From positions 70,370,001 through 70,434,000 of the forward strand of contig NC_043005.1 of the NCBI RefSeq assembly GCF_006345805.1: DNA of 64,000 bases, in the 5' to 3' direction. The translations under genes and the position numbers were made by a program. The stretch's first letter is position 1. Each line of letters opens with the position of its first letter. The notes beneath the pieces were generated by a model. That model ran no database searches and was not told where the DNA came from. It saw only the letters and a program-made list of their open reading frames with translations. Source of the stretch: Octopus sinensis (taxonomy: Eukaryota). Below, one piece after another: positions 53,293 through 64,000 of the stretch.

Positions 53293-53501
53293 AATTTCAT
53301 ATTTCGGCACAAGACCAGCAAATTCGTGAGAAGGGTAAGTTAATTCCATTGAGCCCAGTACTGAACTGTTACTCTTTTTTCGAATCCGAAAGATAAAAGG
53401 CAAAGTCGACTTCGGTGAAATTTCATCTCAGAACACGAAGACGGAAAAAATGCCGCTAAGCATTTTACCCGGCGTGCAAATAATTCTGTCTGCTCGCCGC
53501 C
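53293..53501 (-). mobile_element. SINE family A, older subfamily
   Basis: GGCAAAGTCGAC..CCGCTAAGCATTTTACCCGGCGTGC..CTCGCCGCC. Confidence 0.8.
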
Positions 53502-54511
53502 TTATATCACTATATAATATTAGTGACAGTTTGACTCCATTTAACTGAAATGTTCGTCGACGAAGAGAGTGAACCCATCTCATCAGATATCGAGAAAAGA
53601 ATAACAGACGTGAGACAAATGCAAGATGGTTTTCAGATGATTGGCCTCTATTGGTTACCTCAGGATGCGTGGTGTAATTTGCTGTGGAAGCAACACCAAT
53701 TCCTTTCCTTATATTTGGACCCAGGTGGTAGGACAGTTTGTCGCCACTCTCATAGCAGACTGCGGTGTTTAGGGATATCAGCTCATTCTATTTGATACCA
53801 TACATGTTAGGGCGTGGTGTAGTTGCAATTTGATAGCTCAGTCGTCATTCAGTGACTCAAATTCGACACATCCGATATCGAATTAGATGAGTTAGTCATA
53901 CCCGTTCACAAAACATTAAGTTGTATGGAGCTGAGTAGGACTTATTAAAAAATATACGCTACTCCTAACAAAAGCGCTGACTTCCACTTCTTTTCTTCTT
54001 TTTTTTCCGTGTGTGTGTGGGCGCGTGTGTGTGTGTGTGTGGTGTGTGTGTGTGTGGTGTGTGTGTGTGTGTGTGCTCTCACTCGTATAATCCTATTTTA
54101 TATACATATATGAGTATAAGTTTGTCTTTATATGGATATAAAATATTCATGATATATTAATGCGCGAAAAATATTTATTTTATATACCCGTCAGATCCCA
54201 TGATAAATGACTTTATAAAGCCATTAATCAGAAAGTCACCCACCCAACATTTTCCTGCTATCTGTCTCATCACATTTTATGTAGATTCCCACTCTCATCT
54301 AATATCAAATATAAATTACTTCCTTCGAGTTAATTCAGTACAGTCACTCGCCATCTTACGCTGTTTGATTCTTTCAACAATATTCCTGCAATTCTAATAA
54401 TGTTGCGTACAATAGACGTAAGTCTTTTGTATGAAATGAACGAAATGTCTTTGACGAAATGAAAATAGTTCGTTAATAGATATTTTATATTATGAAAATA
54501 CTTCTTTTTTC

Positions 54512-54632
54512 TTACATTATGTAATTTATAATAATTTTGTCTTTATGACATGTACGTAAGGTGCTGTGAATAATATATTCAACAAAAGCAACAACTCATG
54601 GTGTTATGTTAAATGTACGTGTGGATTTTATT

Positions 54633-54675
<43 letters not shown>

Positions 54676-54788
54676 CATGCACATACATTTCATATAAAAG
54701 CATGAGTGATTGCTTCTTTGAATATATTACTTATAGCACCTTACGTACGTTTCGTAAAGACAAAATAATTATAAATTACATAAGGTAA
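54512..54788. repeat. Imperfect ~110-bp inverted repeat flanking a (TA)n array
   Basis: TTATGTAATTTATAAT..TTTTGTCTTTA..GTACGTAAGGTGCT..AATATATTCAA is mirrored. Confidence 0.75.
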
Positions 54789-54823
54789 AATACATAATCA
54801 AGAACAATTTTGATATCTATCTA

Positions 54824-54858
<35 letters not shown>

Positions 54859-54996
54859 GCTGCAGTAGTGGCTGTGTGGTCAATAGCTTGGTTACCAAGC
54901 TCATGCTTCCGGGTGCAGTCCCTATAGAAGTGTTTTCTACTATAACCTCGGGTCGACTAGTGGATTTGGTAGACAGAAACTGAAAGAATCCCGTCG

Positions 54997-55028
<32 letters not shown>

Positions 55029-55287
55029 TGTATGTATGTATGTATGTATGTATGTATGTATGTATGTATGTGTATATATTTGTGTGTCTATGTTTCTTCT
55101 CCCAACCTCGCTTGATAATGGGTGCTAGTGTGCTTAAGTCCTCGTAACGTAGCGGTTCCGCAAAATAGACCGATAGAATAAGTACCGAATGAATAAGTCG
55201 AAAGAATGGGGTCGATTTGCTCGGCTAAAGGCGGTGCTTCAGCAAGGCTGCTATTAAATGACTGAAACAATTAAAAGAATTAAAGAA
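54859..55287 (+). mobile_element. SINE family B with internal deletions
   Basis: The head and tail match the other B copies. Confidence 0.85.
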
Positions 55288-55783
55288 TATATATATATAC
55301 TTGTAGACATATATCTGAAGGTCGGTGTATATGTACAAATGAATTTATGTAAATGTATTTCAACGTACTTTTATATATACATATTTTTTCTGTGTATGCC
55401 TGTTTGAGAGTAAACATATACATACATAGCATTTTTAGCACTATCTGCATCTACGTAGTGTGTGTGTGTGTGTGTGTGTATGTGTGTGTGTGTGCGTGTT
55501 TGCGTGTGTGTGCAAAGAAATATTCGTGTATCTGTGTTTGTATTTGTATGGATATATATATTTATCAACATCGCTTTGTCACACCACCTCACCACTCTTT
55601 CTATTTACAAACATACACACACACACGCTGTTATCTGTAAGATATCTCCCTACTTCTTCCCTCCTATCTCCTGTCCTCCATCCTCTCAGGTTGTTAATTG
55701 AAAATTGTTAATCTGGCTAAGATCCTCATGTAGAAAAGCATTTATTGATCTTCGTGAACGCTTTTCTGTTTCTGTTCCTCCTT

Positions 55784-56007
<224 letters not shown>

Positions 56008-57088
56008 AATTTACATATTCTACTTCTGGGAAAAAAGGCTTCTACTCGAAATCTTGAAATCATTTCCTATCTAAATGTCTTCCCAAATAAAATTTCATTT
56101 CATGTTTGAAGCTCCGATGAAGCTATTGGTCGATAAACACGCATTCAACTTTGAGTGCATTGCATCTTGTAGCAGAAACAGGTGTGCGCTAAGTTCATGA
56201 CATAATTTCGTATACATTTGTCATTCTAATTATTGATGTGTGTATGTGTGTGTGTGTGTGTGTGTGTGCAATGGCACATACATGTCCGTACAAGCACACA
56301 CACACATCACTTATGTGTCTTCCGAATTAACTTAAGCTCTTATATTCACTTCACTTTATTATATTATGCCGCATATATAACATAGTGATAAAAATACTTC
56401 ATAGTATAACTACGACCTGATCACTACCAGTCCTACATATATATGAATGCATATGCACATATTCCTAGGCATATATACATATACACACACACGCACGCAC
56501 TTTTATATATATATATATATATATACAACTCACACTCTCATACGCTCACAAACACACAGACTCATGGTATATAAATATATTTATTCATTTATATAATTTT
56601 AAAATATTTTACACTCTGTTATTCATACAAAATGATCTCACCTTTTATCTTTCTAAACGACTCTTTTATCTATTTTCTCTTTTTGTTTTTGAAGCAAATA
56701 TAGGAAAAAATATTAATATTTTATTATTCCTATTAAGGGATGCGTCTTAACAGAAATTATATCTGTGTTTATTGAAGGGCTGCACTGCATTTAGTAACGT
56801 CTCTCTATATTCTGATTTCAAATCGTACTTGATTCGATTTCGTTACATCAGTGCTACATGAGCTCAGATAAATAACTGCATTATAATCTGGATATTCACT
56901 CAATACGCAGCTATACTTCCTACAATTCGGTGATCGGTTTTTAGAAATGGTGAAGAAAAGCGATGGAATATGTCTATAAAGATTAAGCTCTATCATTTCA
57001 CATTCTGACTTCAAATTTTGCTGCAATCTACCATTTATTTCCTCTTACAGAACTTAAATGAATCAAGTATGCCTATTTTCACAAACTA

Positions 57089-58356
57089 TCAGGTCATCCC
57101 ATAAGTTCTGTCCGATTTTACCATTTTAAAATTGAATGAAATTTAGTAGTATTTTAGAATGTCTAATGGAATTTTAAAACTTTTATGCATTTGTGGACAT
57201 TTAAACTAATTAAATATTATTTACAGAGTAAAAGAATTAAAATAGCTTTGATTAAAGCCCTTTCTAACATGGAAGTATCCAAAGAGGATTTGAGGTATAT
57301 AATGCTTTATTAGCACAAAAAAGTAAACTCTGCAGCCGAAGCGACTTGAAACATACATTCAGTTTATAGAAAAGAATGCTTGAATGAAAGAACTTGCATC
57401 AGATGGCTTGCAAATTTCAGAAGTGGAGATGTCAGCCTTGAAGATGAAGATCAAACAGGAGGTCTAGTTGAGTTTGATGATAAGCTCTTTGAGGCATTAC
57501 TTGAAGAAAATCCTTCATTATCAGCTGAATAATTGGCAATAAAGCTTAGTTCACACCATACAACTGTTCATCGTCATCTTCAACAACTTGGAAAGTTTCC
57601 TAAACTTGGAAAATGGGTGCCTCATGAATTGTCCGAAAGCAACCGCAAATCCCGTGTTGACATCTGCTCTTCTCTCCATTCTCGCTAACTCATTTCACCC
57701 TTTTCGAATAGACTTGTGACTGGTGATAAAACATGGATCTTCTATCGAAATGTTAAACGTAAACAATGGCTTGGTAAAAGAGAAAAAGCTCAACCACAAT
57801 GAGAAGGGAACTTCATGGAGAAAAGGTTCTTCTCTCTATCTGGTGGGATTGTTAAAGAATAATTCACTTTGAATTGTTACTACATAATGCAACAATCAAT
57901 GCCCAAATCTACTGTCAGCAATTAGAGCGTTTGAACCAAGCTTTGAAGAAAATGAGAGCCGCTTTAGTGAATCGAAAAGGAGTGATGTTTCATAAGGACA
58001 ATGCGCGACCCCACACAGCAAAGATCACATCACAGACGATCGAAGAGCTTGGTTGGGAAAAAATTCCTTATCCACTTTATTCTCCCGACCTTGCTCCTTT
58101 AGACTCCAAGTTGCTTTGTAATTTACAGAATCATTTGGGGACATAACTTTCGCAAGCCAGGAGGAGGTCGAAACTGACATTTCAGAGTTCTTCGCTTTGA
58201 AACCAAAAGGGTTTTACATTGATGAGATTAAAAAGCTGGAAGGAAGTCATAGATAATCAGGAAAAGTACATTGATGATTATATTTCAATTAAATATAACA
58301 TTTGATCACTTGTTTTCGTTATTCAGAATTAGGATAGAACTTATGGGATGACCTGA
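57089..58356 (+). mobile_element. Full-length (1268 bp) mariner with TA TSD; transposase pseudogene from ATG 57269
   Basis: TIR TCAGGTCATCCCATAAGTTCTGTCC (24/25 match) with TA on both flanks. MEVSKEDLRYIMLY..WVPHEL..VTGDKTW..HKDNARPH..YSPDLAPLD, with several stops. Confidence 0.93.
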
Positions 58357-59209
58357 TACTTTGCTAATTCAGAAATAGTAAGAAATAGTAATTATTTTGT
58401 GAATTGAAAGAATCTTTAGAACGTTGGACAAAATTCACTGTGTATTCAGCAACAGCCCTTTACATTCTGAATTCAAATTTAATCGATGTAAAATTTTCTC
58501 TTTTTCATTTTGGTGTCGATAAAATAAAACAGAAAATGTGCCTATGTGTATTACTTTAATGCTGAGGTTCTCAACACTCAGCATGTCGAAAGCACTGTTA
58601 GCCTATAGGGGGCGTGAGAGGGGATTGAAGTAACATAATTAATATACAAATTTTACCTTTATTAGTAATTATATTACATGACAAACTAGCAGTGGTTATT
58701 AAAATAAAATGACATCTCATCAGGAACAGGGAAATCATTAACTTGCAATGCATAAAGTAAATTTGTATCTTTGTACTCTTTAGTTTTGTATTATTTCATT
58801 GTTAAAAGTCTTTTACAAATACATTTTTAGAATAATATTTATAAATTATCATTCATGATAAGTTAGGTTAGTCGTGATACCTCACTCAGCACTTCATTGA
58901 ATGTCAATCATAACAACTACGTAAAAAGCGGCGCTACAAAAAAAAGGGGGTTCAGAGCCTCTACTTTTAATACATCATATACATAATGGGAGGCACATTA
59001 TACAAGATTATCAATAGTTTAGGGGTTCTCATGAGATACGTCACGAATGTTGCCGAGAGTGCCAATGATTTTCAAGAATATAATTTCAAGCTTTGAAAAA
59101 TCCATGCTAATGAATTAGCGACTTCAAAGACATTATTTATGATTGTGTTGTGCACAAATATGATTCATTAAACAAAATACGGTATGCATCAATTTTCTAC
59201 ATTTTGTTG

Positions 59210-59283
<74 letters not shown>

Positions 59284-59346
59284 ATATGTATGTATATATA
59301 TGTATATATATATATATATAATATATATATATATATAATATATATA

Positions 59347-59390
<44 letters not shown>

Positions 59391-60589
59391 ATATATATGT
59401 TCTGTTTTAGCTTTGAGCTTTTCATGCGAAGTACACCAGTAATTTTTTTTGTTTGATCTGCAGCGCACCACGAAGAGAAAACGATTGAGAATCACTGATG
59501 TAGAGAGTTAGTTGAAAATCTATAAAATATAAAAGAGACAAATCAATAAAATTGAAAACGTATTGGAAAAATTTTGGAACAATCTTCCGTTTTACATGTT
59601 TATCATGCGACATTTTTCTGCGATCGAGTTTTGAAACTGCAGTAATGACATCTTTGAAGTATAATAGTAGCCATTTAAAACTCACATGTGCTATTATATT
59701 CACATCTATTTACTTTGAAATCGTACTGTATATTATACGTGTGTAGAGAGTAGGTGGTGAGGAATACATAGCGGTATCCCTGTGGAAGAAACGTTAAACT
59801 AAGTAGGAGCTGACATAATGCAATGAACCTAAAATATTTAATTAATAGAAAGTGGATCTTTAATGAGAACAAATCATTACTTTAATTGTTATTAATTATC
59901 AAAATATTTTGTCATAAATCTAAGAACTGATTTGATATTATATTCTACTATACTTAGACATTCGAAGTTTCTTGCAAGTCTAAATGTAGGGAAACATTCC
60001 TGGTTTGGGAAACAGCGTAATTTTGACGATGAATTTCCATAAAAACTTAGATATGGCAACAATATTTAACGCCAAAATGCTCTCTGATAACGGTGGTGAA
60101 GCGGGAAGCTGGGATCTTTTCACCTTGAACAGCAGATTTTTAAATATTTTCTTTGTAAATAAATACTTTTAAACTTCGTATACTGGTAGAATGTGTCACA
60201 TAAAACATCTTTTTCTCTTAGCGTTCTTAAGAAAATCCTGTAGTTTTCAAGTTATTTCTTGTTTAATTTCTCGTATTTCGGCAATTTCAACCAATCAATG
60301 ACGTCTATTGAGGTGAATACAATTACTGCTGTTGTTTGTCAACAAGTTCAACAACAACCTCCGGCGGTGTCTATAAAGTTTGTCACTGTTATTTATGACA
60401 TAATTCATATCAGTTACGTTCGTATGAATAAAAGATTATCGTTATTAAACTTTTATTAATAAACACATATTCTAAGTTCACAACATATGCAGTTTTAATT
60501 TTCCTCTCTGTCGCACAGATACACACATTACATATTATATATTCGTTTAAGAAGCAGATACCCTAACGAAAAAGATACCCTTCCCCCAC

Positions 60590-60622
60590 CCCTAACCTTA
60601 ACCCTAATCCTAACCATAACCC
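60590..60622. repeat. Degenerate (CCCTAA)n telomere-like repeat
   Basis: CCCTAACCTTAACCCTAATCCTAACCATAACCC. Confidence 0.7.
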
Positions 60623-60866
60623 CACATAAATCTAGTAGAAATATCCTCCAAGTACACCTAAAATTCTGTCCAACGTCTTAAAAAGAGTCATTTTGAATGA
60701 TGTACTCCTTAATAGTTAAGTGCACGTTGTAATTCTATATCTAAATGTACATTCTAAATTTTACTGATGCGTGTTTATCCATTCGTCTTGTATAGTTATG
60801 TTATCTATATTTATGCATTTAGCAGCTTCTATACATTTCTGTCGAGGCTATTTATCTATATATGTA

Positions 60867-61065
60867 CTCTCTCTTTTTACTTATTTCACTCATTTGACTG
60901 TGGCCATGCTGGAGCACCGCCTTTAGTCGAGCAGATCGACCCCAGGACTTACTCTTTGTAAGCCTAGTACTTATTCTATCGGTCCCTTTTGCCGAACAGC
61001 ATCTGTTGTCAAGCGATGTTGGGGGAACAAACACAGACACACATATGTGTACACACACACGCACT

Positions 61066-61133
<68 letters not shown>

Positions 61134-61314
61134 TATATATATACATATATACGATAGGCTTCTTTCAGTTTCCGTCTACCAAATCCACTCACAAATCTTT
61201 GGTTTGCCCGATGCTATAGCAGAAGACACTTGCTCAAGGTGCCACGCAGTGGGACTGAACCCGGAACCATGTGGCTGGTAAGCAAGCTACTTACCACACA
61301 GCCACTCCTACGCC
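60867..61314 (-). mobile_element. SINE family B, near full length
   Basis: Matches the other B copies, with an expanded internal microsatellite. Confidence 0.9.
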
Positions 61315-62619
61315 TGTATATACCTATATCTATTCAACGGATTTGGGATTCAGGATATGAATTTAAAGATTTGGTATTAAATCTTAGATCTTTAACAGAA
61401 ACAAAAGAAAGAATTAATGACTAAGTATATAAGAAAATTAGAATTAAAGAATTCAGAAAAACTATAAAATGCAAATGAGTGCAAACTTAAATATGAAAAT
61501 GAAAGCAGAATCAAAAATATAATGGTCAGTTGAAACAAAAATGATAACAAATTAGAAAACAATAATAGGAAAATATTGGAATAAGAAATGCACAAGAAAT
61601 AAAACATGGAGGCCATTAAAAAATTTGAAAATTGGCTAAGAAATTTTTAAACAATCTTAATAATGACTTTACGAAAAATTTTGGAAATATATTGGAAAAT
61701 TTAATTAAAATATATAACATCGGGTAATAGATAAATTATAAAAGCAGGAAATAGATTTCATGATACTTTATGAAATGAAGTATGTATGTATGTATGATGT
61801 ATGTATGTATGTATGTATGTATGTATGTATGTATGTATGTATGTATGTATGTATGTATGTATGCATGTACGCATGTATGTATATATGTATGTATGTATAT
61901 ATTTGTACGTATATGTATATTTGTAAGTATATCTGTGTGTATATATATATAAATGTGTATATGTATATATTTGCAGGTATGTGAGTGCATTCTCTCACGT
62001 TTTCTCTAGATGTATATATACGCATTCTAAACTACACACACACACACATACACACACACACAGACACACAAACACACAAACACACGCATATACACGCTTA
62101 CACGCACACGTATACACACTTACATACATTGAATGACCAAAAATAAGTAAAATGCAAGAGAAACATTTTTTTTAACAATTGTGTTATTAGTAAAGCGCTT
62201 GTACGGGACGGGAAAGTGCCTGTAACGTTTTGGCCCCAGTCCTTCGTCGGAGAAAAATGCCAAAGGGAGTAGAATGAAGAGGCTGAAAAGTATGGGCACA
62301 GTGAGGGAGAGAGAGACGGAGGACAGGGTGAGAAGAGAAGAGGAAATTGAGATGGAAGAAGGAAAGGATTAGTGGTCCTGCGAGACTGCGTGCAGAGTAT
62401 AAAGAAGCGGCAAAGAGAACGAGTCCGCCTAAACGTTAAAAATACATATGATGAAATTAGCAAAAAAAAAAAAGAAAAGGAAAAACACAGGTGGGACAAT
62501 TTTTAACAAAAGTGTTTTTAGTATAACCCTTGAAAGGAATAGGGCGTTTAACCTTTCAGGGGCTAATCCTTTAGAATATTAAATTGATTTGCTTGCCTGT
62601 GTTGGTATTTCATAGAACT

Positions 62620-63650
62620 ATTGAGATATGGGGGATATTTTTCACTGTGAAATCAACGCATTTCAAACACTTCAATTTTTTCTACTTTAAGATTCCAAAT
62701 ATATGTGCATCGTGATGTTGATTATTGATTTCTGGCTGCCAAACTATGAATAGTTGTTGCAGACCTCATGAGTCCGATATGGGCAATTTATATAAACCCG
62801 ACAAAAAGGAGTCGATTGTTTAATATGTTTTATCAAAATACTTTCTTGGTGTGAAATCATAAATATGCTACAATTTCAGATATGTTTGTACTTGTACTTG
62901 TGATTGATCTGATACTGATCTTTAAAAGTGTGTTAGAGTAACGTTCAATATAACGAAAGCTCATTTTCCGATAATTTTTATAAAATATTTTTGCTGTTAC
63001 AGAGAGCAGGGACATTCAAACTAAAGGCGAAAATTTTCCATCTACTGTGTATGTGTTATTGGCATCTGTCATGGTTGTAGTTTGTTTATTGTCTTTACAT
63101 TTGTCTAATTTTAGTAAATTATATTATTAGTTGTCACTGAAATTTTACAGCTTAGTTATATTAAGGCATTCATTTCCTTTTTCTGACATAAGACCACCAG
63201 GAAAGAGTGACATGTTCAGAAAATTTTCTCGATACAGGTCTAACTCATTGTGAGATATTTTTCGTGAGCCCTCTGCATAAAGTCCTTTAGTGCACAAACC
63301 TGTTCTCCATCAAAATCACTCATTTCCAAGAGAAAACTCATCACCGGAGGGGTTAACATGATATAAATGATCATAGGAAAGCAAATACTTTCGTGAATTC
63401 ATTATAACATTATCATCAGTGTCATTCATGTCTGTAAATGAATTTAAAAGATTAAACTTTCAGAAGTTAATGGGTTCCGTGGGGTGTAAAACGCTAGGAT
63501 TTCAAACTGAGTGAATTTACAATTATGATAATTCCCTTTTAAACTATTTGATTACCGATAATTATCCATATAGGATAACGCAATAGCTTAAATACGGGCT
63601 TAAAAGCTTCAGAGTACTAATTACATCAGGTATGTGATGAACCACAGCTT
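62620..63650 (-). pseudogene. Penelope-like RT/endonuclease remnant
   Basis: CKFTQFEILAFYTP (FDI.FYPS-like), VIMNSRKYLL, MSDFDGEQVCAL, LDLYREN (YRDD-like) and YIWNLK occur in the PLE order. Confidence 0.65.
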
Positions 63651-64000
63651 TAACATTGTGTATTCCAATATTATATATGCTTCCCTTAATAATCATTCCT
63701 ATTATTTGTCTAGAATCCGGAGCTAGTGTTCCTGCTTCTATATTTGTGTTTCTGATTGAGAATTTATGTTCGTTTGTATTACTTAGATCTTCAACAATTT
63801 AAAAAATTTTATAAAGTCAAAACAAAGCAAGTTATCAGAAACAATGCTTTCTGCTATCTGTTATAAATTACCAAGAATAATACAAGTCGATCGTTTGTAC
63901 TTTTAACTTATATTTCAATAATTCGGGCTAAGGAGACCTTCTTCAGTAAATCTTTGGAGAAGTGGTGCAGTGAGCAGACATCTCTTTTTGTAGTGTATGT

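Noticed and set aside
56105-56150. Hammerhead at CCGATGAAGC..
   Set aside because: GAAA is replaced and stems II and III are poor. I kept it only as a supporting hint, not as a feature.
63905-63950. Minus-strand CTGAAGAAGG..GAAAT hammerhead candidate
   Set aside because: Stem II does not abut GAAA, and there is no convincing stem I or III.

Overview
AT-rich, microsatellite-dense eukaryotic intergenic or intronic DNA. The SINE families and repeat landscape look like a coleoid cephalopod (Octopus-type) genome, which is an inference. I found no convincing host protein-coding exon, and almost all listed ORFs are microsatellite artefacts. The window contains decayed transposons: a hAT/ZMYM1-like transposase, five mariner copies, one Tc1, RTE and R4-like LINE ends, and three Penelope-like (PLE) RT/GIY-YIG remnants. 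It also has at least four SINE-like families, Helitron-type non-autonomous elements and MITE-like fold-backs. The main signal is a set of mutually dissimilar short (40-480 bp) non-coding inserts, mostly inside (TA)n or (CA)n arrays. They carry minimal type I hammerhead ribozyme folds and/or long near-perfect palindromes (arms about 69, 113 and 140 bp), including a head-to-head hammerhead pair at 37852-37991. A second signal is a diverged ~0.5 kb direct repeat beside a PLE RT remnant. It carries a 51-56 aa hydrophobic micro-ORF whose indels all preserve the reading frame.
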